Positions 37,877-48,939 of a stretch of 64,000 bases of DNA are shown here, in pieces. The DNA lies in contig CAVSHB010000001.1 of assembly GCA_963727775.1 (NCBI GenBank), positions 1,216,001-1,280,000 of the forward strand. Direction: 5' to 3'. Made by a program: the position numbers and the translations under genes. Positions within the stretch are counted from its first letter, which is position 1. Every line of letters starts with the position of its first letter. The notes under the pieces were generated by a model, which made no database searches, was not told the DNA's origin, and worked only from the letters and a program-made list of their open reading frames with translations. This DNA is from an uncultured Nitrospiraceae bacterium. Its GTDB lineage: Bacteria > Nitrospirota > Thermodesulfovibrionia > Thermodesulfovibrionales > SM23-35.

Positions 37877-37968
37877 GATGATTGTTTGTCCTTTCAAAAA
37901 GGTTGATATTACTATATAAACTGATAGAATTCATTTAGCCGGAAAAATGCAATTGATAGGGGGTACAT

Positions 37969-38112
37969 ATGCTGAAGAACTTGCTAATCGCCGCTTGCTT
38001 TTTTAAAAGACATATGATGCTATGCTGCGCTCTTGGTCTTGCTCTATTGTCAATTCTGCTGATGCCGGTATATGCGTCTGCTCACTTATTTGCCATACAT
38101 GTTTTTGCGTGA
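37969..38112 (+). CDS. putative small hydrophobic protein (47 aa)
   Basis: MLKNLLIAACFFKRHMMLCCALGLALLSILLMPVYASAHLFAIHVFA*; G-rich RBS; upstream TTGATA ... TGnTAGAAT promoter-like motif. Confidence 0.4.
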   Translation: MLKNLLIAACFFKRHMMLCCALGLALLSILLMPVYASAHLFAIHVFA

Positions 38113-38218
38113 TAGCATTTAATATTTGTGTGAAGCTAAATCCTGCATTGTAAAGGTTTTTGTGGCCGTATGCCTGTCTGTAAATTCTCTGATTTGCATT
38201 TTCGCCTTATTATTAATC

Positions 38219-38749
38219 TCACCTTCTTTTATATAAGCCGATAATTTTCGCCTGTTCAATTATATGTCCTTTTATAGCTTTTTCCAGGTCGGTCTTTGTT
38301 GAATTGGGAGTCAAACTGAGGATGGTGTCAATGGCGTAGATTTTAAAAAAATATCTGTGGGTCCCGGGAGGAGGGCAAGGACCATTGTATATTTTTTTTC
38401 TGAAATCATTCGGACCCTGTATCGCTCCTGCCGGAACAGAGTTTTCTTTGATTTCTTTTGTTTCAGGAGGTATATTCCAAACGACCCAATGTACCCATAT
38501 CCCTCCCGGCGCGTCATAATCATCAACAATCAGGGCAAGGGACTTTGTCTTAGGCGGAACATGTTCGATCAGCAGGGGAGGGTTACTGTCGATCCCTTCG
38601 CAGGAATGCTTTGAGGGCACGTAAGCGTTATTCTCAAATGCAGGGCTTGATATTTTTAATCCGTCTGCTGCGGTTGCGTCTTTGCCGATGCCGGCAGACA
38701 CAAATAAAAATAGAACCATTACCGGTAAGAAAAAAATATTTTTTTCCAT
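38219..38749 (-). CDS. YbhB/YbcL (PEBP/RKIP-like) protein, secreted
   Basis: ISSPAF, SLALIVDD.DAPGGIWVHWVVWNIP and YNGPCPPPGTHRYFF. Confidence 0.92.
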   Translation of the reverse strand: MEKNIFFLPVMVLFLFVSAGIGKDATAADGLKISSPAFENNAYVPSKHSCEGIDSNPPLLIEHVPPKTKSLALIVDDYDAPGGIWVHWVVWNIPPETKEIKENSVPAGAIQGPNDFRKKIYNGPCPPPGTHRYFFKIYAIDTILSLTPNSTKTDLEKAIKGHIIEQAKIIGLYKRR

Positions 38750-38794
38750 CTTTTCCCCCTGTGATATAAGAAACGGGTTATTACAAAAGTTTGC

Positions 38795-39637
38795 CTATGG
38801 ATGAAGGCATAACTGATCAGCCTCTCTCTTTAATATTTTGGCAATGTCCGCATCGAGGCCGCTTCTTTTTATGAAATAGGTTTCATCCATGTCCGCAATG
38901 TCCCTGGCTAATATAATATCGTTGCGGAAGAGGACCTCAAGCGAACTCTTTCTTATTGAGGACAGGATTGTTACAGGATAAAGCTTTTTATTATCGATCA
39001 TCTTCTCCAGGCTGTCTTTTTCAGGATATTTCCAACTTACTATTTTCAGCCCGACGCATTCGGCATATTTTATTGCATCTGTGGTGCAGCGTGTGTTGGT
39101 CACAAGCCATCCCTGCTGTATAGTGAAATTCTTTTCAGGCTTTAAGTCATAGGACCTTTTGATGTCCGCAAATCGTGAATGGATATAAAGCGCTATTTTT
39201 ATATCAGTGGGATTTCCCGCGTTGCTGTGGTATTTGCATTCTACAACAAAGCCCTTGTTCTCCTTGCTCGCAACGATATCGACTTCATGCGCAACACAGT
39301 ACCCGTTCATGAGCCTGTCCAGTTCAACAGAATAACCATAAACCTCGAGTATCTTTGCAAAGTATTTTTCGAACTGATAACCGGCAGGGCCGAGGAAATA
39401 GATTGCCTTCTTAATGGAATATCTCATATCTGAAGCGCGGTTATAGCGCCTCAGTAGTTTTTTAGCCATTCTGAAGATGTGTTTTGTATGGGAAGTCGGG
39501 GATATCTGGGATTCAACCTTTTGGGCAATATCCAGGGCGGCGTCTTCTGATGCCCCGGACCGGACTAACGACGCTATTAGTTTCTGAATATTGAATTCCT
39601 CAGACTGCCCTGATGCCTTGATTATTGTGTGTGCCAT
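38795..39637 (-). CDS. ATP-cone + Mrr-like PD-(D/E)xK restriction endonuclease domain protein
   Basis: N-terminal IIKASGQSEEFNIQKL (ATP cone); GPAGYQFEKY, HEVDIVA...ECKYH and WLVTNTRCT. Confidence 0.85.
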   Translation of the reverse strand: MAHTIIKASGQSEEFNIQKLIASLVRSGASEDAALDIAQKVESQISPTSHTKHIFRMAKKLLRRYNRASDMRYSIKKAIYFLGPAGYQFEKYFAKILEVYGYSVELDRLMNGYCVAHEVDIVASKENKGFVVECKYHSNAGNPTDIKIALYIHSRFADIKRSYDLKPEKNFTIQQGWLVTNTRCTTDAIKYAECVGLKIVSWKYPEKDSLEKMIDNKKLYPVTILSSIRKSSLEVLFRNDIILARDIADMDETYFIKRSGLDADIAKILKREADQLCLHP

Positions 39638-42600
39638 ATAAGATTAACAGAATTATTTTATTGATGATGCGGATTTATGTCAAACAAAAGCATCGGGTAT
39701 CATAAATCGTATACCGTAAATTTTCTACTCCTTATCAGTTAAGATGACATCGGTTGCGGAGTACCAATCACAAGTAAACGATTACCTGGGTCCAAAGGTC
39801 TTCATCAATGCTTCATCAAACACGCACTTCTGTCATTTTTCAGCAAGTGTGGAGTATTCTTGTAAATGCGCGAACTCAAGCCTGGTTGGATTGCGAACTG
39901 AGTCTATAGTTTCACTTTTAAATGTATCTTGCACTGACACGAAATTACAAGATCATCCCGATTGACTTCCGGGATTTATTTCCCCAAAACTTCTCTTATT
40001 TTTTGCAAAAGCTTCGTCGGTGAAGCAGGTTTTTCGATATATGCAAATCCTTTTTCAATAATCCCGTGTTTGTGAATGATATCTGCCGGATATCCACTCA
40101 TAAACAGCACCTTGATATCAGGCTTTATTTGCTTGATCTCATCATACGCCTCTTTACCGTTCTTGTTCGGCATTATTACATCAAGGAGTACAAACTGAAT
40201 TTCATTCTTGTACCCCTTGAATTTGTTTATAGCATCCTGACCATCTATCGCGGTTATTACCTGATAACCATTTTCTTCAAGCAATTCCCTTGTGAATTCC
40301 CTTACCTCAGTTTCATCCTCTGCCAACAGCACTGTCTCCGTGCCTTTTTCAACAGTTTGTATAGCTTCAGGTTTTATCTCTTCTGCCTCTGCCCGTATCA
40401 ACGGTAAATAAATTCTGAACGTGGTCCCTCTACCCAGTTCACTGTAAACATTGATATGTCCTTCATGCTGTTTGATTATCCCGTATACCATGGCAAGCCC
40501 AAGTCCTGTACCCTTACCGACTTCTTTTGTAGTGAAGAAAGGTTCAAATATTTTCTCCCTTGTCTCTCTTTCCATGCCGGCGCCTGTATCGGTCAACGAT
40601 ATAAGAGCATATTTTCCTTCTTTTCCAAAACCATGCCCTTTTATGAATCCGTTGTCAATAGCAACAATTTCAGTCCTGATAGTCAAAATCCCGCCTTTAG
40701 GCATTGCGTCCCTTGCATTCGTTGCAAGGTTCATCAATACCTGTTCTGCCTGCCCGGGGTCTGCCATGACAATCAGGGCTTTCTCTGAAAGTGTAGTTTG
40801 TAAGCGGATATCTTCCCCTATAATTCTTGATAGTAAATGATCTATTCTTTTGATAATCTCATTGAGATCTATCGGCCTTGGATTGATTATCTGTTTCCTG
40901 CTGAAGGCAAGAAGGCTTTTGGTCAAATTAGCCGCTTTATCTGATAATAAGAGGATGTTATCGGCATAACTCCTTAAAGGGTCCTCTTCTTTCAGCTTCA
41001 TTTTCAGCAGATGACCATACCCCGTCATTGCGGTGAGGATATTATTGAAGTCGTGGGCAATGCCGCCTGCGAGCTGTCCGACAGTATCCATCTTCTGGGC
41101 ATGAAGAAGCTGGGCATGCAGCTTCTCTTTCTCATGTTCTACCTTTTTTCTTGTAATGATCTCAGCATGGTATCGGCAATAGTACGCAGGAAATCTTCCT
41201 CTTTTTGGCTTCTGATATGCCCTTCTTTAAGATGGATATTTATTACTCCCAATATACTTTTGCCAAACAGGAGGGGCACAGCATAGTGACCGTGAGGAGC
41301 TATCCCTTCGCAACAGATTTCATGTCTTTCATCAATATGGTCGGCAAACTGTATTTGCCGGGTTTGCGCTGCCTTTCCGCAAAGGCACTTTCCGAAAGAA
41401 ATGTGTGATTTTATGAGCGGTTCGGGAAGATTGATTTGAGCTTTCATCACCAGAACATCTGTCTGATCTTCTGCGATAGATATACTGCCAATTGGTTCAA
41501 AGGCAATCCAAGGATTTGAAACTATCATATTCAATGCATTCCGCAGAAATTCCTCTACTGGTATTTGTTTCATTGATTCGATCATAATCATGTTGATCGT
41601 AGTCTGGGCAAAGTAGTTATTATAAAGTTCTGCTTCTGAGGCCCGGAGCGCCTCTTCAGCACGTTTGCTATCGGTGATGTCTCTGACGGTAGCCTGGAGG
41701 AACCGCCTTCCTGCCAGCTCCATTCGTGTTAGTAATACGGTGGCGGGGAACTCCTCTCCGTCAATCCTCTTATGTATCCACTCAAAAAAATGGGAACCTT
41801 CCCGCATAGCTGTTTCAATCATCTCCTTAGCCTTTTCGCCCGAAGCGCGCCCGTCAGGCTGTCGCTCCGGCGATAGCTGCCAAGGCGCGTGGGAAATGAA
41901 ATCCTCCTCATTCTTACACCTGAACATGGTAACTGTTGCCGGATTTCCGGAAGTGAATGCCCAAGAAGGTGGCTCCAAAGTCATTAAAGCGTCGCGAGAG
42001 CTTTCGAAGAGGCTGCGGAACCTCTCTTCGCTATTCTTCAGCGCCTCATCCGCCCGCTTGCGCTCAGCGATTTGGTGCACAAGTTGTTCATTGGCGATTA
42101 AAAGTTCTTCAGAACGTCTGAGATTGACCAAGAGGAAGCCGCTTAGAAGTCCTGTCAATAGCAGTCCAATTGATAAAGCTCCCCAAGGCTGCAGGCTTTT
42201 ATTTTTTGCAATGTAATCGGGTGTTGGCACGCACCGTAGCAGCCATTCCCTCCCTGCCACATTTAACGTTTTGGCAAATGTGAGACCTCTGCTTGGCTCT
42301 GGCCCCTCATCACTTATTGGTGAGGCTGTTGTTATTCGCGTTCTTGCAGGGTGGAAGCAGAGAAGACGCTCTTTCTCTGGTAAAGATCTATCATAAAGAT
42401 AGACATCGATTCCTTCGGGCTTTAGATAAGTAAGGGATTTCTCCATGATATCACCGATCCGAAAGACACCTAGGGCAAAACCCAGCAGCCCTTCCCGACG
42501 AGCCAAGACCGAATTGTCAGGAGCACCTCTCTTATATATTGGAGAAAAAACAAGAAATCCAAATTGATTTGTCTTCTCCTGCACCAGTACTATGCGTGCA

Positions 42601-43069
42601 GTGGCAACCTCCTCCCCCGTGTCGCGCGACCGCTCAAGTGATTCTTTCCGCGTTGGGTTCGAAGCCAGATCGAACCCTAAGGCGATCTCATTGCCCTTGT
42701 AAGGCTCCACAAAATAGACTGGAAAATATTCTGCTCTTTGACCGGCCCGTACCATTTTCCCATGAGCTACCCATTCGGTAATCTGGAAACCGGAGAAACC
42801 ATCTCTTTGAGCGGCCTTTTCATATTCTTCTCGCTGACTATTAGATGTGCGCGGTATCCATTCAAGCGCTTGAATGCTGGGATGCTTCATCAAAAGAGGT
42901 GTTGAGAAAGCGTGAAACTCTGCTTTGGTAATCCTTCCTGAAAGAACATAAAAAGCTTTGAGCATTAAAAGCGCTTGCATATCAGATTCGATTTCTCTCT
43001 TCAAAAAGGCATAGCGGTTTTCTGCGCTCCGATCGAAGTCTTCCAACAACCTTTGGCGCTCCCAGTTAT

Positions 43070-44690
43070 CCCAAAAAATGCAGTTGACCTAAAATAATAT
43101 CCTCAAAGAAATTCTCCTTTCGTATTAGAATCAATAGGTTTGACCGACCATCAACTCTAAACGAAAGGAGAATAGAAATATGCAGTCAAAATGTAGCACA
43201 AACATTGAAATAAATAAAGTGAGGATTGGATTTACGGAGAAGAAGCTGACTGCATATGGGGGCTTCAGTTTATTGGCGGCATTCTTTGAAAAGGTCAAAT
43301 TGAGAGGGATATTGCAAGAGGTGATTCCGGTCCATGAGAGTTCGCCCAATGGAATGGGGATATACAGCAAGGTATTGGCGTACATACTTCTGATCTATGC
43401 GGGAGGCAGCAGGTTTTCTCATCTGCTTTATCTTGGCTGGCAGGAGATTTTCACTGATCTTTTTGCAGTGAAGAGGCTTCCTTTAGCCTCTACGACATTG
43501 GGCAGGCTTTTCAGGAAGATCAGGAAACTGAAGGATGTGGAAGAGATGTCGGAGGGGTTATGGGGATACTTGAAGAAATTGATTCCCTGGGAGGAGCTCA
43601 AAGAGGACTGGTTGACGTTTGATTCTACAGTCCTTGAGAGATACGGCAAACAGGAGGGGGCAAAGAGGGGATATAACCCGAAGAAGAAGGGCCGTGGTAG
43701 CCACAGCCCGCTTCTGGCATTTCTGAACAAGAGCAAATATGTGGTGCATCTGTGGAATCGTCCGGGCAATGTGATGTCATGGAATAATATCATTGGATTT
43801 TTCGAGTCCACATGGCAGAGGATCAGCGAGCATATTGATATTAAGGGTGTTATTGCGGACAGCGGATTTTATCTCAGGGAATTTATCGAGCTTTTGGAGC
43901 GGAGAAAATTAATCTATATCATAGCCGCTCGTCTGTACCATCCTTTGCAGAGAATGGTTTATGCACAACAAAATTGGCAGCAGATAGAGGATGGAATATG
44001 GATCACGGAGTTTCTTTTTCAGCATGCGGATTGGATAACCGACAGGAGATTCATTGCAGTTCGGCAGGATATAAAGAAGAGACCGCACGCGATGGGAAAG
44101 GAGCTGTCTCTCTTTGGAGATGAGTTTGATACAGGTAACTATCGTTATAGCGTATGGATAACCAATTCGCATGATCCTGCATATGAGGTATGGAAGCAGT
44201 GCAGGCCGAGGGCAAACGATGAAAACACTATCAAGGAACTGAAAGAGGATTTTGCGCTTGGTGGGTTCTCGATGAAGTATTTCTATTCAACAGAGGCGGC
44301 GATGCTTATCCGGGTATTCATCTACAATCTGTTTGTCCTGTTTCGACATCAGATACTGGGGCAGCAAGAAAAGATAGAACGCTTGAAGACCTTGCGGTAT
44401 AAGTATTTTGTACTCCCCGCTCATTTGGGATGGGATGGCAGGAAGCCTGTATTGCGAATATCCGTCTTTACGCAGAAAGTACGATCAAAACTGTTATACC
44501 TCTTTAACCGCATAGGACAATACTTTCCGCCCGGTATCGGTATTTGCACTGCAGTTGGAAGATGACAATAAAATTCAAAAGGAGATGTGCCAAGAAACAG
44601 TGCAAAGATTAGCTTTGCTAACGCTAATTCCGATAATGCCTTGATGGGCTTGTATCTACAGGTATGTCTTTTCTATCTGCACTTTTCGGG
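43070..44690 (+). mobile_element. IS1380-family insertion sequence (1621 bp)
   Basis: Inverted repeats CCCAAAAAATGCAG / CTGCACTTTTCGGG; TTAT direct repeats at 43066-69 and 44691-94; removing it restores the host reading frame. Confidence 0.9.
43180..44565 (+). CDS. IS1380-family DDE transposase
   Basis: LTAYGG, FDSTV...YGKQEGAKRGYNPKKKG, ADSGF and RANDENTIKELK. Confidence 0.92.
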   Translation: MQSKCSTNIEINKVRIGFTEKKLTAYGGFSLLAAFFEKVKLRGILQEVIPVHESSPNGMGIYSKVLAYILLIYAGGSRFSHLLYLGWQEIFTDLFAVKRLPLASTTLGRLFRKIRKLKDVEEMSEGLWGYLKKLIPWEELKEDWLTFDSTVLERYGKQEGAKRGYNPKKKGRGSHSPLLAFLNKSKYVVHLWNRPGNVMSWNNIIGFFESTWQRISEHIDIKGVIADSGFYLREFIELLERRKLIYIIAARLYHPLQRMVYAQQNWQQIEDGIWITEFLFQHADWITDRRFIAVRQDIKKRPHAMGKELSLFGDEFDTGNYRYSVWITNSHDPAYEVWKQCRPRANDENTIKELKEDFALGGFSMKYFYSTEAAMLIRVFIYNLFVLFRHQILGQQEKIERLKTLRYKYFVLPAHLGWDGRKPVLRISVFTQKVRSKLLYLFNRIGQYFPPGIGICTAVGR

Positions 44691-44970
44691 TTATGTGCAA
44701 CAATAAAGGCCCCTACAGACAGCGCACCACCAGTGAGAATTATCACTCCGATTGTGATGATTTTTTGTTTGATCACAGAAGTAATCATCTCTTTTTCACG
44801 ACTCCATTTAATGAAACTTTGCTCAGAATATACAAGATCTGACGTGGTTTTGCAAACATGCGACTGGGGGAAGTTCTCATTTCAACAATGCAGAGTATTT
44901 GGATGTATTACTCGCTTATTACATTGTTGCAGAAGAGCGCGTTTCTTTGGGAAAGACCAGCAGTTGGTGT

Positions 44971-47715
44971 TTAATTGTCTATAACATTTCTTACTTTTAT
45001 TAAGAGGTTATCCGGTGAAGTAGGTTTTGAGATAAAGTTCAGACCAACTTCTAAAAGTCCTTTTTTATAAATAACATCCGCACTATATCCACTGACAAAA
45101 ATTACTTTTATATTAGCCTTAATCTTTCTTATCTCTGCATACACTTCTTTCCCATTTTTCTTTGGCATGATAACATCAAGAATAAGTAGATGGATATTAT
45201 CTTTATTTTTATCAAATACCTTTACGGCATCATTTCCGTCAACTGCTTCTATAATGTGATACCCTGCATTTGAAAGTACCTCTTTCAGGAGGTTTCTCAC
45301 CTGCGCATTATCCTCTCCGACAAGGATTGTTTCACTGCCTCCTTTTACCTTCTGTGAGTCCTCAGGTTTAATTTCTTTAACCTCTGATTGAATCAATGGC
45401 AATAAAATCTTGAATGTCGTGCCCCTTCCGGATTCACTGTATACGTTGATATATCCATTATGCTGTTTGACAATCCCATAAACCATTGCAAGTCCAAGGC
45501 CTGTGCCTTTCCCTACCTCCTTTGTTGTAAAAAATGGCTCAAATATTCTCTCCCTGATATTCTCATCCATGCCGGTTCCCGTGTCCTCAACTGACAGCAG
45601 GGCATAAGAACCCGGTTTGCCGTAATCATAGGCCTTGATATACTCAAGATTTATTTCCACACGGTCTGTCCTGATTATGAAACTTCCTCCTTTGGGCATA
45701 GCGTCCTGCGCGTTTGTGGCAAGGTTCATGAGTATCTGATCTATCTGAGTGCTATCAGCCATAATGGTTAAATCAGCATTTGTAAGAATGGTAGTGAGTT
45801 CTATATCCTCACCTATTACCCTCAATAAAAGACTTTCCATATCTTTGATTATCTTGTTCAGATTCACCGGTTGAAGATTGACTATCTGTTTTCTGCTGAA
45901 AGTCAGAAGGTCATTCGTTAAAATAGCAGCCCTATCGGCAGCGCTTAAAATTTGCCCCACATAAGCACTCATGTGGTCATCTAGAGGTGCTTCATTTTTC
46001 AATAGGTGACCATAACCTATGATAGCTGTCAGAAGATTGTTGAAATCATGAGCTACCCCTCCGGCAAGCTGACCTATAGCCTCCATCTTCTGTGCCTGAA
46101 GAAGCTGTTCCTCAAGCTTTTTCTGGACGGTTATATCCCTGAGAAAATTCAGTGTGGCTGGCCTTCCTTCCCAAGTTGATAGCTCTGTGCTGATTTCAAC
46201 CCATAATGTTTCTCCTGCTTTATTGATGATCCTGAAAGAATACACAGATGGAACATCCTCTCCTCGCAATCTTCTCTGGAGTCTATCCATAACCATATCT
46301 TTATCATCGGCATGCAGGAAATGGGAAAAATGTACGCCTGTCAATTCTTTCTTTGTATATCCTAAAATTGCTATCGATTGTCGGTTTCGAAACTTTATTA
46401 TTTCGTCCTGCACAATAAAAATAGCATCATTTGCATTTTCTACGACAAGACGGTATTTCTCTTCAGAGGCCATTAGCGCTTCTTCAGCTCTCTTTCGGTC
46501 GGTGACATCTAGGAAAGTTGCAATCGTGCCCTGTAATCTGCCATCGTCAGATAATAAAGGAGCGCCATAAACCAAAACAATGCGCTTGCCGCCACGTTTT
46601 CCTACCATCTCCAGCTCGTAGCTTGATGCAATTCCTTCTAACCGCTTCCTGTGCTCATGTGCCACTTTTTTCAGACTTTCTGTGGTGAAAAATGATTGCC
46701 ATTCCTGGCCGAATATCTCATTAGCATTCTCAACTTCGAGCATATGACACATAGCTGAATTTATATAAACAGTTCTATGATCCGTGTCGTCCTGCCAAAT
46801 GCCTGTCGGGGTGCTTTCAACAAGAGTGCGAAACAGTTTTTCACTATCACGCAACGCTCCCTCAGCTTTCATACGTTTGGTGATATCTCTGAAACTCCAT
46901 ACGCGACCTTCTATTTCACCATCTCTAAGCAAAGGGGCCGAAAACCGTTCAAACACCCGCTTATCCTTAAAAAATAGCTTATCCACATCTTCTCCGGTTG
47001 ATTTATACAGTTTCTTGACTTTAGAAAGAAAAGTATTTGAGTCTTCTAACTGATCAAGGACATAGCTGAGTAGCTTCGCGTCGTCTTTCTGCACTATGAG
47101 ATCTGACGGAATGCGCCACATCTCTGCAAACCGCTTATTCGAATGTGTTACCTCACCCTTTTTATTAACAACAAGGATACCATCTGCAGTTGCTTCGATA
47201 GTATTTCTAAGAAGATCCTTGCTTTCCTGCAGTGCTTCCTCTGCCTTCTTGCGCTCGGTAATGTCTCGGATTGCTGCATGGAGCATTGGTCGGCCAGCAA
47301 TCGATATAAGAGTACAGATCAGCTCTGTGAGAACCGGAGTCCGGCTTGCATCGTGTTTGAAGTGCGCCCACTCATATCGTGCTGAACCTCGCTCCAGAAC
47401 TGTTTTGAGAATTTCATCCCCCTTCTCCCTGGACAGTGCGCCATTCGGCTGAAACTCAGGCGCAAAATCTTCAGGTGTATGCCCAATAACCTCGGTCTTG
47501 TCTTGTAAGGCAAAAAGATCAAGGAACGCATCATTACAATCGACAACCTTTCCTTCGTGGTTCAAAAGGAGTTGGGCTTCCGCGGATTTCTTGAAAAGTG
47601 TCTTGAACCGCTTCTCACTATCTTGCAATGCCTCTTCAGCCTGCTTGCGCAGAGCCTCCAATTCCTCGATAAGATGTTTTTTTGTCTTTGCTTGGTCTTT
47701 CATTAAAAGTTCCAC
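44971..47715 (-). CDS. cytoplasmic multi-PAS hybrid sensor histidine kinase with receiver domain
   Basis: Four PAS/PAC units ending [35 protein letters not shown] and [13 protein letters not shown]. Confidence 0.93.
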   Translation of the reverse strand: MELLMKDQAKTKKHLIEELEALRKQAEEALQDSEKRFKTLFKKSAEAQLLLNHEGKVVDCNDAFLDLFALQDKTEVIGHTPEDFAPEFQPNGALSREKGDEILKTVLERGSARYEWAHFKHDASRTPVLTELICTLISIAGRPMLHAAIRDITERKKAEEALQESKDLLRNTIEATADGILVVNKKGEVTHSNKRFAEMWRIPSDLIVQKDDAKLLSYVLDQLEDSNTFLSKVKKLYKSTGEDVDKLFFKDKRVFERFSAPLLRDGEIEGRVWSFRDITKRMKAEGALRDSEKLFRTLVESTPTGIWQDDTDHRTVYINSAMCHMLEVENANEIFGQEWQSFFTTESLKKVAHEHRKRLEGIASSYELEMVGKRGGKRIVLVYGAPLLSDDGRLQGTIATFLDVTDRKRAEEALMASEEKYRLVVENANDAIFIVQDEIIKFRNRQSIAILGYTKKELTGVHFSHFLHADDKDMVMDRLQRRLRGEDVPSVYSFRIINKAGETLWVEISTELSTWEGRPATLNFLRDITVQKKLEEQLLQAQKMEAIGQLAGGVAHDFNNLLTAIIGYGHLLKNEAPLDDHMSAYVGQILSAADRAAILTNDLLTFSRKQIVNLQPVNLNKIIKDMESLLLRVIGEDIELTTILTNADLTIMADSTQIDQILMNLATNAQDAMPKGGSFIIRTDRVEINLEYIKAYDYGKPGSYALLSVEDTGTGMDENIRERIFEPFFTTKEVGKGTGLGLAMVYGIVKQHNGYINVYSESGRGTTFKILLPLIQSEVKEIKPEDSQKVKGGSETILVGEDNAQVRNLLKEVLSNAGYHIIEAVDGNDAVKVFDKNKDNIHLLILDVIMPKKNGKEVYAEIRKIKANIKVIFVSGYSADVIYKKGLLEVGLNFISKPTSPDNLLIKVRNVIDN

Positions 47716-48216
47716 ACTGAATGAATTTAAATAAGGTTATTGAAAAAACAATCCATTCTATAAGTTGGGATATGTGAGTGAGTATAAATTTTGCGAAAAG
47801 TCATTTTTGCACCATTGATACTATAGAAATGTTAACTTGATTTCGATTATACCATCTACAAATAATATTGCAACTGAACTGAATGAACTCCGCAAAAACT
47901 GCAAGCATTTAGATGGGTGTCAAGCTAACTTCACATGTCTAATTCCTTACAAAAATTGAAGTGACCCATTGCAGATTTCCCTGTTAGAGCTTACATGACA
48001 GGACAAACATTTATTCTTATTGAGTACAATCATAAATAATTACTTAATGATAAGGAATACCTTGCACATTCCTATGTGTACTCAAATTTTTGAGGATATT
48101 ATCTCGGCTGCGCAGTATAGGTAAAAATAAACAACGGGGTTAAATTTCGTGAATAAGGACGCAGTGAACTCGTCAAAATCCCTCGTGTAATATATTCAAA
48201 TAAAAAGCATATTACG

Positions 48217-48287
48217 CTGTCCATAATACTCCGGAATAGGTTTTCCAAATGATCCGGAATGAGTGACCATAATCACCGGAATACGCT
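48217..48287. mobile_element. IS21-family terminal repeat remnant
   Basis: Three 22-23-bp tandem units with core CCGGAAT (48231, 48254, 48276) ending CCGGAATACGC, as in IS21 ends (TGCGTATTCCG); no istA/istB in the window. Confidence 0.55.
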
Positions 48288-48361
48288 ATCGAGAAAGGAT
48301 TTTCTGCGTATATAAATGACAAAGGCGCAGTAAGTATATCTTGCCCGGCCATCGATATAAA

Positions 48362-48904
48362 TCAGTAATTTGTGATGTGCTCGATGATCTTCATCTGTGA
48401 ATCAGCGTTGCTCCAGATTATCTGGATAGAATCACCCGATATGCTTTTCCAATACAGCCCCGTCGGCGTATACAGGTGGGACTCCGTGGAAAGCCGGTAT
48501 TTGAGAACTATCGGCTCAACATCCTGCCCGACATAGATGCGGCCTTTAAGCACCGAATCAAAAAAAGCAAACTCCAATTTGTATTTCCATAGCAGCAGGC
48601 CGTCCCTGTAAATCGTCAAAAGGTCTGAATAGGCCTCCAGGAGGTCTTTTTCTCTTTTCGTGGTTCCCGCGTTTCTTAATGCTGTAAGTTCGGTTGAAAG
48701 CTGCTGTATATGGTCGGCGACCTGCTGGTAGGATTCGCCTGCGGCTATCGAGGTTTTTACCGAAAGGCCAGCGCTGTTCAATTTATCGAATTTGTTCTTG
48801 TTAATTTCCGGTTCTGATGTACAGGCGCTATTGAGAATAAAAATAATCAATAGCGTCACCAATAAGCTTTTCAGTCCTTTCGTTTCAAATAACAATATTT
48901 TCAC
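48362..48904 (-). CDS. hypothetical lipoprotein
   Basis: Hydrophobic signal followed by lipobox-like NSAC. Confidence 0.7.
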   Translation of the reverse strand: MKILLFETKGLKSLLVTLLIIFILNSACTSEPEINKNKFDKLNSAGLSVKTSIAAGESYQQVADHIQQLSTELTALRNAGTTKREKDLLEAYSDLLTIYRDGLLLWKYKLEFAFFDSVLKGRIYVGQDVEPIVLKYRLSTESHLYTPTGLYWKSISGDSIQIIWSNADSQMKIIEHITNY

Positions 48905-48939
48905 ACCATCTCGCTATATTTATAGTATATTAATAACTT

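Larger units (their letters stand above)
39976..44788 (-). pseudogene. CHASE-PAS-GAF hybrid sensor histidine kinase/REC, disrupted by IS1380 and a 1-bp frameshift near 41165
   Basis: N-terminus MITSVIKQKIITIGVIILTGGALSVGAFIVAHN (from 44788) rejoins WERQRLLEDF after the IS; CHASE motifs (IQALEW, EPYKGNEIALGFDL); frame switch restores IITRKKVEHEKEKLHAQLLHAQKM into GGIAHDFNN. Confidence 0.88.

Noticed and set aside
39744..39965. 73-aa ORF or decayed gene
   Set aside because: No recognisable motif on either strand; the minus frames contain stops; cannot be assigned
41139..41141. TAG read-through (pyrrolysine) joining sensor and kinase ORFs
   Set aside because: The two ORFs are in different frames; a frameshift upstream explains the stop
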